A DNA stretch of 64,000 bases from Blastocatellia bacterium (GCA_016789145.1 JAEUQI010000003.1:5206-69205); one strand, 5' to 3'. Positions 27,418 through 36,366 are shown, counted from the stretch's first letter. Translations and numbers: made by a program. Notes: generated from the sequence alone by a model not told the origin.

Positions 27418-29469
27418 ATGGCACGACTAAAAGAAGTTCCACCGCAAAGAGAATTGAGCGATCTGGCAGACAGTTCCGGCTTGGCGATCTCGGTCATCGA
27501 CCGCAGCGGCGTTGAGACGACGGCGCTCAATAACAATTCGATCTGCCGCAGCCTTAATCCCGACGGCGAGTTTGTCGGCAAGTGCAACGCATTCTGCGGC
27601 AAGGCTCTCGACAATGCTCTTAACGCGGGCCGCGAGATCGGCTTCACGTGTCACGCCGGCCTCGATTGCCGAGCGCTTGCGATGTCAGATAACGGCAAAC
27701 CTGTGGCAGTTGTCGTTGGCCGTACATTTACGAGATCGGAGAACTATCGCAGAGCCGCCTCATTTGCAGCCACAGGCGAATGGAGCTCAATGCCCGTCTC
27801 GGCCATGTTTGGCAACGTACTGCTTACGGGCTCTTCCGTCGCTCTTGAAAAGACGGTCGAAAAGCTCGAACGCCTCGGCCGAGAGATCGAGGTGGAAGTT
27901 CAACCGGCGATGACCGAGACCATCGAGATCGAGCGTTTTGAGCCCGAGATCGTTGATTTCGCCGAGGTCATCGAAGAAGACCTCGAACCGGTCCGAGCAT
28001 TACCAAAAGATGAAACATCCGATTGGCGTTCGCTCTATTCGACGATCTTGAGCCAAGACTATCGCACCGCATGCGAGATGCTGCTCGACTTTGCAGCTGA
28101 TCACTACGGCCTCGGATCGGCGGCTATTCTCGCTGTAAGAAAAGAGAAATTCGTTAACGTCACTGCACGCGGACAAATGGCGATATCAGGAATTCGAATC
28201 GGCATCTCGCCGACTGACGAACGTATCGCAACCGCTATATCCGACGGCGATGCTCTTGTTCTCAGCGAACGCCGCTCAAAAAATGGCGAAGGTCGAACGC
28301 TGACGATCCTGCCCGTCGCCGTCGCAACCGATGCGACCGCGGCGATCGCAACCCTAGACCAGTTCGAAAGTGATGACAGACGGCGCCAGCTATTGCGGCT
28401 CGTGAATACAGTAGCCGGACGGCTCGAGATCTTGCGATTACGCGCCGAGCTCGACGGACGTGAGTCTATCGAACGTTCGGTCAAGAAATTTGACAGCGAA
28501 CTGCGGAATGCCGAGGGCGACGATCTGTGGCAGCAGCTTGCCGCAAATTCTGCTCAACTATTGCAAGCCGAGCGTGCTTCGTTGCTTCTGATTGACGAAT
28601 TGTCCGGTAAATTCCGAGTTGCCGCCTCGGTAGGCATGACCGCCGAAGGCACGGCCGAACAAGATCCCGGACGCCGCGTCGCTCATGCGATATTTGAACG
28701 AGGTAAGACAGCCTTGGTTCCTGACGCCCTCAAGGCCGGACTGCAAGACAATGTCGAGGAACGCGGATATCGCACTCGGTCATTCATCAGCAGCCCTATC
28801 GTGCTTGGCGAAAAAAAGATCGGCGTGCTGAGTTTCACGGACAAAGCAACGTCAACTGCATTTAATGCCAAGGACCTCGAAATGGTAGAGGCCATCGCTC
28901 CGCAGATCGCCGTTGCAATTGACCGAGAAGCCCTCAGGGCAAAGGCCGGTGAGTTCGAACAGCTCTCGGTAACCGACGCTCTGACCGGTTTGCTCAATCG
29001 CCGCTACATAGAGCAGCGTCTGGATGAAGAAGTTAAACGTTCGAATCGTCATGGTTATCCGATGAGTTTTCTCCTGCTCGATGTCGATCATTTCAAATCG
29101 TACAATGACACCTACGGCCATCCGGCGGGCGACGTTGCTCTTAAAATGGTCGCCGACGTGATCAAAGATACGCTGCGTGGAGCTGACGTAGCAGCAAGAT
29201 TTGGCGGTGAAGAATTTGCGATCCTGCTGCCGCAAACGGTTGACGAAGAAGCCGCCGCGATCGCCGAACGTGTCCGCCGCAATATCGAGGCGACCGAGTT
29301 TCCTCATCGCGAGGTGACGGTGAGCATCGGCATTGCCAGCTGTTCGAGTGAACTTTGTTCGACGACAGGCTTGGTAGATGCGGCAGACAAGGCGTTGTAC
29401 GACGCCAAACGATTGGGACGAAACGGCGTCCGAATGTTTGCCCAAATGGAGATAGAGCGTTTTGAATGA
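27418..29469 (+). CDS. Diguanylate cyclase with PocR-like sensor, GAF domain(s) and GGDEF domain
   Basis: The N-terminal Cys/His pattern 'CRSLNPDGEFVGKCNAFCGKA...FTCHAGLDCRALAM' is PocR-like. A GAF-like region follows ('AERASLLLIDE...IGVLSF'). The GGDEF domain has 'LLLDVDHFKSYNDTYGHPAGD', the active site 'GGEEF' (29203..29217) and the I-site 'RGAD' (29176..29187). Confidence 0.88.
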   Translation: MARLKEVPPQRELSDLADSSGLAISVIDRSGVETTALNNNSICRSLNPDGEFVGKCNAFCGKALDNALNAGREIGFTCHAGLDCRALAMSDNGKPVAVVVGRTFTRSENYRRAASFAATGEWSSMPVSAMFGNVLLTGSSVALEKTVEKLERLGREIEVEVQPAMTETIEIERFEPEIVDFAEVIEEDLEPVRALPKDETSDWRSLYSTILSQDYRTACEMLLDFAADHYGLGSAAILAVRKEKFVNVTARGQMAISGIRIGISPTDERIATAISDGDALVLSERRSKNGEGRTLTILPVAVATDATAAIATLDQFESDDRRRQLLRLVNTVAGRLEILRLRAELDGRESIERSVKKFDSELRNAEGDDLWQQLAANSAQLLQAERASLLLIDELSGKFRVAASVGMTAEGTAEQDPGRRVAHAIFERGKTALVPDALKAGLQDNVEERGYRTRSFISSPIVLGEKKIGVLSFTDKATSTAFNAKDLEMVEAIAPQIAVAIDREALRAKAGEFEQLSVTDALTGLLNRRYIEQRLDEEVKRSNRHGYPMSFLLLDVDHFKSYNDTYGHPAGDVALKMVADVIKDTLRGADVAARFGGEEFAILLPQTVDEEAAAIAERVRRNIEATEFPHREVTVSIGIASCSSELCSTTGLVDAADKALYDAKRLGRNGVRMFAQMEIERFE

Positions 29470-31661
29470 GCGACACTAGCTCGCAAAAACTGATTTCAAG
29501 CGTCCCGCTGACCGACCTGATCGGACGGCTGGACGAGATCGCGCGCCTCGAATCACACGCGGCCGGACATTCTGCGGACAATTTGCTGGTCGTCTCGGGT
29601 GCTCCGCGAGTGGGCGTTTCGGAGATCCTTCGTCAGACGTATGATCGCGTTTTTCTAGCCAATGCCGACATATTACCGATCTATTTCTCGGTCTCAGCCA
29701 ATGACCGTGACGCGATCAGCTCGGCACGAAGATTCGCATATGAGTTCCTGTTGCAATTTCTTGCGTTCAAGCGAAACGACGCTTCGTTGCTGGAACTTCG
29801 ACCGAGTCTCGACGAGATAACACGCCTCGCCGGCTTATCAGATGCTGTATTTGTCGATCAGGTCGTCGAACTATTAACGTCAAACGCTGAGAATCCTTGG
29901 GTCGATCTATATCGGACGTTATTCGCATTGCCTTCGCGGCTGAGTGCGGCCGGCACGCGGTGCTTTGTCATATTCGACAATGTTCATCGAGCGTTGAGTT
30001 TCGCTGACAGCGAAGTTGCGATGAATGCGATTAGCGAAGTTTGCATTGAAGCCGGTTTTCCTTGCGTAGTCGGCGGACGTCGGCGTGCAGTTTACGGCAA
30101 GTTCACCGACAAAGTGTTGGCCGTGGAGCGGCTAGGTTTCGAAGACGCAGGCCTACTTATTGAATCGCTCGCTCGAAAGAACAACGTTACGATCAACGAT
30201 CAAACTCGCGACCTCATTGCGGTCCAACTCGACCGAGATCCGCAGTTTATCGGCGACATCATTCGCCGCGCGGCGGTTACAAATACATCGCTAGATAGTT
30301 TTCAAGCGTTCGAATCGGTCTATGCCGACGAGATGAGCGGCGGCATGATCTCGCGGCGATTGGATTCTGAGTTTTCCATCGCGGGTGGCGATCGTGAGCT
30401 TGGTCATGCTCTCTCGTTGCTTACGGCAAAGGTCTCTTCGTCGCCGCAACAGTCTGCCTCGGCAAAGAAGGTCGGCGAGCGTTTGGGAATTGGCTCGATA
30501 GACCTGCAAAGGTCAATGGCATGTTTGTATTCGGCGGAGATCGCGTCGATCAACGGCGATCGATTTATGGTCGAGACCGAATGCAGAGCATTGGACGACT
30601 ATCTCGAACTGCATCGAACAGTGGAAACTCCGGGCATATCGCGTGCACAAGCAATTGGCGAACGAGCCGCTCATTACGTCAAGCGTGCTCCGCATTTGAT
30701 GGCAAGGCATTATCGTCGCCTATCGGCCCTCGGCATTGCGGACTTACTTCGTACGTTCGATGGCCGAGAAGTTCCGCTGGCGATGCTCGATTATGGCAAG
30801 TTTCGCGACGACTTAAAGGGTCGCGATGCGTCTGAGATCGCCGATCGCCTGGCGACTGACACCGACATAATTACATTGCCAAAGATCGTCTACACGGCTC
30901 ATAGCTCTGCATACTATCGCCCGATCGGTGAGTTTGTAGATACAGAACGCTCTGCCGTTGCTCTCGGTTTTGAACAGAATGATGGGAGCGACATCGCGTG
31001 GCTTGCGACCGAGCTTGATTCGAAACTTGAAGCTTCGGCGAGCCTGACCGAGTTTTGGTGCGATCGTCTCGAGATGCTCGCCGCCCATTGCGATCTGCCG
31101 GCATTCAAGATCTGGCTTATCGCTCCCGAAGGCTTTTCGCCGGAGGCTTTGGCAGTTTTAGCAGAGAGAAATGCCATTGGGTCAAGTCGGGCTCAGGTTG
31201 CATTACTACGTTCACATGTTGGCATCGAGAACGTCTCCGCCGTCGATGACAGCGAAGAATTTCGTATGACTATCCCGATGGGGGACGACACCGAAATGCT
31301 CGCAGTTCATATGATCGAAGAGATCGCGAGACGAAACGAGTATCCTAGTTCGGCTATAAACCAGATCAAGACCGCCGTTGTCGAAGCCTGCATCAACGCC
31401 GCAGAACACAGCCTAAGCCCCGATCGCAAGATCTACATCGGCGTTACGGCAAAGAGAGACAACATTCAAATTTCGATCGAAAATCGTGGCGTTAGTGTCG
31501 CGATAAAACAGGCCGCTTCGACCGAGGAGGCGACCGGACGCCGAGGTTGGGGATTGAAGCTTATCAAGAATCTCATGGACGAGCTTGTTTTCCAGCAGTC
31601 GGATGATGGCACGAGGCTCGTGATGTCGAAAACTGTCGAGCGGAAAGCCGCTGCTGCGTAG
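29466..31661 (+). CDS. Large fusion protein: N-terminal AAA_16/STAND-like domain with degenerate Walker A, uncharacterised middle, C-terminal RsbW/SpoIIAB-type serine kinase (HATPase_c_2)
   Basis: The N-terminal 'LIGRLDEIARLESH...LLVVSGAPRVGVSEIL' and 'CFVIFDNVH' resemble a P-loop NTPase, but the Walker A Lys is replaced by Val. The C-terminal 'IKTAVVEACINAAEHS' (N-box) and 'GWGLKLIKNLMDEL' (G-box) match anti-sigma kinase domains. It overlaps the cyclase gene by ATGA. Confidence 0.75.
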   Translation: MSDTSSQKLISSVPLTDLIGRLDEIARLESHAAGHSADNLLVVSGAPRVGVSEILRQTYDRVFLANADILPIYFSVSANDRDAISSARRFAYEFLLQFLAFKRNDASLLELRPSLDEITRLAGLSDAVFVDQVVELLTSNAENPWVDLYRTLFALPSRLSAAGTRCFVIFDNVHRALSFADSEVAMNAISEVCIEAGFPCVVGGRRRAVYGKFTDKVLAVERLGFEDAGLLIESLARKNNVTINDQTRDLIAVQLDRDPQFIGDIIRRAAVTNTSLDSFQAFESVYADEMSGGMISRRLDSEFSIAGGDRELGHALSLLTAKVSSSPQQSASAKKVGERLGIGSIDLQRSMACLYSAEIASINGDRFMVETECRALDDYLELHRTVETPGISRAQAIGERAAHYVKRAPHLMARHYRRLSALGIADLLRTFDGREVPLAMLDYGKFRDDLKGRDASEIADRLATDTDIITLPKIVYTAHSSAYYRPIGEFVDTERSAVALGFEQNDGSDIAWLATELDSKLEASASLTEFWCDRLEMLAAHCDLPAFKIWLIAPEGFSPEALAVLAERNAIGSSRAQVALLRSHVGIENVSAVDDSEEFRMTIPMGDDTEMLAVHMIEEIARRNEYPSSAINQIKTAVVEACINAAEHSLSPDRKIYIGVTAKRDNIQISIENRGVSVAIKQAASTEEATGRRGWGLKLIKNLMDELVFQQSDDGTRLVMSKTVERKAAAA

Positions 31662-31761
31662 GCAATTTGCGAGTTGTAATGGCTTTCGTTCTGTGTTAAA
31701 CATATCACTCAAGTACTATCTCAGTGCGCGCATCGTAAACAAACGTAAGGAATATATTTAA

Positions 31762-32082
31762 GTGATCGCAGAAAACCACTACGAGCCTGCGGCGCCTGCC
31801 GCCGAAAACATCGCGGTCGTGACGGCCGGAGACTATTTGAACAAGCTAACCGGCGAACGCATCGAACGCGAATGCAAGGATCGCCTCGAACAAGGCTGCC
31901 GCGAACTCGTCGTCGATTTTTCGCAGACCGAGGTCATCAACAGCATCGGCATCTCGATCCTGCTCGGCGTTATCGATTCCGCAAAGAACTCGGGCGCAAA
32001 GGTCGTTTTCTCGGAACTCAACGATGACTCCGCACAACTTTTTGAATCGCTCGGCCTAACCAATCATGTGACCATAGCTTAG
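31762..32082 (+). CDS. STAS-domain anti-sigma-factor antagonist (RsbV/SpoIIAA-like)
   Basis: It is 106 aa with a GTG start 8 nt after AAGGAA. 'LVVDFSQTEVINSIGISILLGVI' has a conserved phosphorylatable-Ser position (S61, 31942..31944). Confidence 0.85.
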   Translation: MIAENHYEPAAPAAENIAVVTAGDYLNKLTGERIERECKDRLEQGCRELVVDFSQTEVINSIGISILLGVIDSAKNSGAKVVFSELNDDSAQLFESLGLTNHVTIA

Positions 32083-32092
32083 GAGTTTCGCC

Positions 32093-33382
32093 ATGATCGA
32101 AGATCGTACCAAACTGATCCACGCCTTTGGCGCACTCGCCGAACTCGGCAGCGAAGTCGCCAACAAGAATAGCTTTCAGGAGACCATTCGCACATCGCTG
32201 CATTTGATCTCAGGAGCACTGGCGATCATGCGTGGCGGTGTTGCTCGTTATTCGCGATATGGGCATGAACTGAATATGCTTGCGGTTCGTGGTCTCGGCG
32301 ACGATTTTCCGTTGAGCTTGTCGCTGTGTTTAGAGGACGAAAGACAGTTCATCGCCAACGGCCTGAACGCGATCGAAACGTCACAAGCAAAGGTTTTACC
32401 GTTCTTTCAAGTCTATGATCGCAGCCTCGAATCTCGAAAGATCGAACTGTTTGTGCCGCTCGTTGTTCGTGATGAGATCGTCGGTGCGTTGTTCCTTGGC
32501 GAAAAGGCAACTTCGCTTCCATACACGACCTACGAAAAGGAGATAATCTGCGCGATGGGCCGCCACATTGGCGTCGCTATTGCTCAGCGAAATCTGATGG
32601 CCGAGATCGAACGACACGCAGAAGAGAATCGAAAGTTAGTCGACGATATGCGAACGACCTACAACGATACTGTTAAAGCGTTTGCGACCGCGATCGACTG
32701 CAAAGATAAATATACAGAAGGCCACTCGGTTCGAGTCGGCAAATACAGCGAGATCATCGCAACCGAGCTTGAATGGGGCCCGCAAGAAGTCGAGGGAGCA
32801 GCCGTTGCCGGGTATTTGCACGATGTCGGCAAGCTGACAGTCGAACGAAAGATAATCAATGCCCCGTATCGCATTAACGCAAAAGAATCTGCCGAGCTGA
32901 ACAAGCATCCGGGTGTCGGCTACGAGATCTTGCTGCCGATACACCATCCGTACACCAACGTACCGCTTGCCGCGAAATATCACCACGAACGCCTCGACGG
33001 CCGTGGCTATCCCGACGGATTGTATGATCGCGAAATTCCGTACATAGCAAAGCTCGTCAATCTCGCCGATTCGTTCGATGCGATGACCACCGACCGACCG
33101 TACAAGGCTCGACGCCCGGCGGCGGACGTCGTTGACGATCTCCGACGAAACGCGGGCAAACAGTTCGCACCGGAACTTGTGACGGCATTCCTACGCGGAA
33201 TGTTGAAAGAATTGACCGGCGATAATAAGGAAAAGCGTTTCCGCAAGCTTCTCGGCCGCGAATATATGGAAGCCGAAGGAATTGTCCCGATCCTGCGAAC
33301 GGCATTAAACGAAATGACGCCTACGTCGCCCCTGACCTACATCAATTCAGAGCCACAGGCCGAAGGACCTACTATTTTATAG
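32093..33382 (+). CDS. GAF-domain HD-GYP phosphodiesterase
   Basis: It has an N-terminal GAF-like domain. The HD-GYP motifs are 'EGHSVRVGKY', 'GYLHDVGKL' and 'HHERLDGRGYPDGL'. AGGAG lies 7 nt upstream of the ATG. Confidence 0.88.
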   Translation: MIEDRTKLIHAFGALAELGSEVANKNSFQETIRTSLHLISGALAIMRGGVARYSRYGHELNMLAVRGLGDDFPLSLSLCLEDERQFIANGLNAIETSQAKVLPFFQVYDRSLESRKIELFVPLVVRDEIVGALFLGEKATSLPYTTYEKEIICAMGRHIGVAIAQRNLMAEIERHAEENRKLVDDMRTTYNDTVKAFATAIDCKDKYTEGHSVRVGKYSEIIATELEWGPQEVEGAAVAGYLHDVGKLTVERKIINAPYRINAKESAELNKHPGVGYEILLPIHHPYTNVPLAAKYHHERLDGRGYPDGLYDREIPYIAKLVNLADSFDAMTTDRPYKARRPAADVVDDLRRNAGKQFAPELVTAFLRGMLKELTGDNKEKRFRKLLGREYMEAEGIVPILRTALNEMTPTSPLTYINSEPQAEGPTIL

Positions 33383-33406
33383 AGAAAACTTCTACTAGTA
33401 TCTAAC

Positions 33407-33447
33407 GGGAACAGCGGGTCTATATTCGCTGTTCCTCTTCTTTGTTT
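33407..33447 (+). terminator. Rho-independent terminator closing the GGDEF/HD-GYP operon
   Basis: A 9-bp perfect stem pairs GGAACAGCG (33408..33416) with CGCTGTTCC (33427..33435). It is followed by TCTTCTTTGTTT. Confidence 0.75.
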
Positions 33448-33520
33448 GGCTAGCTTAGTCGAGAAAACCCTTGTGACCTCGTGCAATACGGTTACGGAAA
33501 GCGATAAACTCTAACTTTCC

Positions 33521-35374
33521 ATGTCAGACGCCGTAGCCAAATATCACGAGGAAGACGCGATCGGAAAGACGTATGATCTTAGGATCGCACGACGTTTGCT
33601 GCGGTATCTGCGACCGTACTGGAAGACGGCCGCGGCGGCTCTGTTTCTCACATTTATCACGAACATTCTGATCTCAACCCAGCCATATTTTACAAAGATG
33701 GCGGTCGATGATTTCATCACGCCAAAGAAGACAGACGGTCTGTGGGTATTCGCCGTCGCGTTTTTTGGTGTGTTCTTGTTCAGGTTCTTGTTCTCATATG
33801 TACAGGAAATTTTGCTCAACACGGTCGGCCAGCGCGTAATGTTCGACATAAGGACCGAGTTGTTTACCAAGCTGCAGAAACAAGAGATAGCGTATTTTGA
33901 CAATTATCCAGTTGGGCGGACGATGACGCGGCTGACCGGCGACGTCGATGCTTTAAATGAATTGTTCACCTCAGGCGTGATCGACGTGCTGGGCGATCTT
34001 GTCATCATCTTTGCGATCCTCGGAATAATGTTCTTCCTTGATTGGAAACTGGCTTTGGTTTCGCTTATTACCGTTCCGTTACTATTCACGGCGACGAATT
34101 GGTTTCGTAAACATGCGAGGACAGGTTTCGACAGAGTCAGAACTCGGAATGCGCGGCTGAATGCGTTTCTACAAGAGTACATTTCGGGTGCTCAAACGGT
34201 TCAGCTTTTCAACGCCGAGGGCAAGGCTAAGTCGCGTTTTCGCAAGATCAACAACGACTATCGCGAAGCAAATATTGAGACGATCTATTACTACTCGATC
34301 TTTTATCCGATGGTGGATCTGATCGGTGCTGTCGGTATTGCCGCAGTGATCTTTTTCTTCGGATTTGAGTATCTAGCCGGATTTTCGACTGCGGGCCAGG
34401 CCGTGACAATCGGTATTCTTGCGTCTTTCATTCAGTATTCGCTTCAATTATTTCAGCCGATCCGCGATCTGTCGGACAAATTCAATGTGCTGCAGGCGGC
34501 GATCGTTGCGTCGCATCGGATATTTATTCTGTTGGATAGAGATATCGAGGTAACTTCGCCGGCGGAGCCGAAACACGAGGGCAAGGTCGTCGGTAGGATC
34601 GAGTTTGAGAATGTTTGGTTCGCTTATAAAGAGGAAGATTGGGTTTTGAAAGATGTTTCGTTCACGGTCGAACCTGGCGAAAGCATCGCGCTTGTTGGGC
34701 ATACCGGCTCGGGCAAAACGACGATCACGAATTTGATAATGCGGTTCTACGATGTTCAGAGAGGCCGTATACTGCTCGACGGAACCGATATTCGCGAATG
34801 GAACCTACATGATCTGAGATCGAATTTTGCTGTCGTCTTGCAAGACGTTTTCCTATTTCGCGGTACTGTCGCCGAGAACATCAGGCTTGGAAATTCGAAG
34901 ATCGACGATGACGCGATAATGTGGGCGGCAAAAGAAGTTCGGGCAGATGAATTTATCGCGAAACTCGACGACGGCTATTCGTCTGAGGTGCAGGAACGTG
35001 GTGCGGGGCTTTCTGTCGGGCAAAAACAACTGATATCATTTGCGAGAGCATTGTCTTTCGATCCGTCGATTCTGATCCTGGATGAGGCGACTAGCTCGAT
35101 AGACACCGAGACGGAACAGTTGATACAACAGGCCGTTACGCGCGTGATGACTGGCCGTACATCGCTGGTAGTCGCGCATCGCCTGTCGACGATTCAGGAC
35201 TGTGACCGTATAATTGTGATGCATCATGGCGAGTTGCGCGAGATCGGAACACACGCCGAATTATTGGCAAATCGTGGGCTGTATTGGCGTCTATATCGTT
35301 TGCAGTATTCCGACGAAAAGCTGCATATTTCAGAGCCCGGAATCACGACAGAGGGCTACGTTTCGCCGGCTTAG
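33521..35374 (+). CDS. ABC exporter, fused permease-ATPase (MsbA/multidrug type)
   Basis: It has an N-terminal six-helix TMD, Walker A 'GHTGSGKTT', the signature 'LSVGQKQ' and Walker B 'ILILDEATS'. Confidence 0.88.
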   Translation: MSDAVAKYHEEDAIGKTYDLRIARRLLRYLRPYWKTAAAALFLTFITNILISTQPYFTKMAVDDFITPKKTDGLWVFAVAFFGVFLFRFLFSYVQEILLNTVGQRVMFDIRTELFTKLQKQEIAYFDNYPVGRTMTRLTGDVDALNELFTSGVIDVLGDLVIIFAILGIMFFLDWKLALVSLITVPLLFTATNWFRKHARTGFDRVRTRNARLNAFLQEYISGAQTVQLFNAEGKAKSRFRKINNDYREANIETIYYYSIFYPMVDLIGAVGIAAVIFFFGFEYLAGFSTAGQAVTIGILASFIQYSLQLFQPIRDLSDKFNVLQAAIVASHRIFILLDRDIEVTSPAEPKHEGKVVGRIEFENVWFAYKEEDWVLKDVSFTVEPGESIALVGHTGSGKTTITNLIMRFYDVQRGRILLDGTDIREWNLHDLRSNFAVVLQDVFLFRGTVAENIRLGNSKIDDDAIMWAAKEVRADEFIAKLDDGYSSEVQERGAGLSVGQKQLISFARALSFDPSILILDEATSSIDTETEQLIQQAVTRVMTGRTSLVVAHRLSTIQDCDRIIVMHHGELREIGTHAELLANRGLYWRLYRLQYSDEKLHISEPGITTEGYVSPA

Positions 35375-35379
35375 AACTG

Positions 35380-36366
35380 ATGAATTCAGACACCTCACAA
35401 TACCTAACTGACGAAATTGCTCGCATTTACGAGCAGTGTGAGGCTGAGGCTCCAAATCTCGGCGTTACGCTCCTGCAATTCTCATCGTCGATCGAACGCA
35501 CCGTTGCCAAATATCTCGAACCAGCTTCAGATACACCCATAACTACCGAAGAAATTCGTGAGTTTTTCGACAATCTTCAGGCAAATGATCTGTTCCTAGC
35601 TCTCGCGTGTTCGGTCGGAAACGAACGGGCTTGGTGGGAATTTGACCAGCAGCATCGCTCGTATATGGAACGGGTCGCACGTCATTTGGCAAAAACCGAG
35701 ATCGACGCGACCGAGGTCGTCGATGCGGTTTACGTCGAGCTTTACGGCACGAGGGTAGTCGATGGCGAGCGAGTTTCTAAGTTCGCACTATACAGCGGAC
35801 GCGGTTCGCTGCGAGGATGGCTGCGTACTGTGATCTGGCATTCGGTGGTCGATCTACATCGCGCAGGCCATGGCGAAGTTTCGCTCGACGAGATGACCGA
35901 AAACATCGGTGAAGGAGCAGCCCACGCAAACTTTGCCCTAGAGAATCCGACCGGCGAAGACGCTGCTGAGAGAGAACTTATACGCAGCCGGTATCGTGCC
36001 GCAACGGTCGCTTCGCTCGCTGAGGCAATGTCCTCACTCGACGCCCACGAACGCCTCTTACTCAAGTATTATCACGTAGATGGATTAAAGCTAAGAGAGA
36101 TCTCTCGGCTGGCTGAGAACGAGAGTTCGCCTCTAAGAGACTGGTTTCAACGGCGTTCGCAAACGCGTGAAGCAAAGCCCGATGCCAAGGTTTACGAATC
36201 GACCGTAATGCGTTGGCTGGAGAAGAGTTACGCTATTATTCAGCAACGATTTCGGGACGAATTGGCATCGAAGCACGGGCTTTCGCCAAAGGACATCGAT
36301 CTGTGTTTGGAGCTTGCATCCGAAGACGTGCACTCAGGCGGTTTGTTTGGAAATTTAGGAAGTTAA
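35380..36366 (+). CDS. Atypical long ECF-like sigma-70 family factor
   Basis: 'DLFLALACSVGNERAWWEFDQQH' and 'SLRGWLRTVIWHSVVDLHR' look like region 2. 'ERLLLKYYHVDGLKLREISRLA...YESTVMRWLEKS' looks like region 4. It is 328 aa against about 190 for a typical ECF. The ATG lies 5 nt after the ABC exporter stop. Confidence 0.7.
   Translation: MNSDTSQYLTDEIARIYEQCEAEAPNLGVTLLQFSSSIERTVAKYLEPASDTPITTEEIREFFDNLQANDLFLALACSVGNERAWWEFDQQHRSYMERVARHLAKTEIDATEVVDAVYVELYGTRVVDGERVSKFALYSGRGSLRGWLRTVIWHSVVDLHRAGHGEVSLDEMTENIGEGAAHANFALENPTGEDAAERELIRSRYRAATVASLAEAMSSLDAHERLLLKYYHVDGLKLREISRLAENESSPLRDWFQRRSQTREAKPDAKVYESTVMRWLEKSYAIIQQRFRDELASKHGLSPKDIDLCLELASEDVHSGGLFGNLGS

Noticed and set aside
29116-29133. 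I considered whether the GGDEF enzyme is a Hypr-type cGAMP synthase working with the HD-GYP as a cGAMP phosphodiesterase.
   Set aside because: The specificity position in 'GHPAGD' is the canonical Asp, not the Ser/Thr of Hypr GGDEFs, so c-di-GMP is the expected product.
35284-35379. I considered the listed upstream start of the sigma factor ORF, and similarly 8834 for clpC, 8135 for DUF1232, 36995 for ribA, 20632 for oppA, 23580 for oppC and 60497 for rpmG.
   Set aside because: These extensions overlap the preceding gene or add non-conserved residues. Internal ATGs give canonical N-termini with better spacing to upstream genes or SD sequences.
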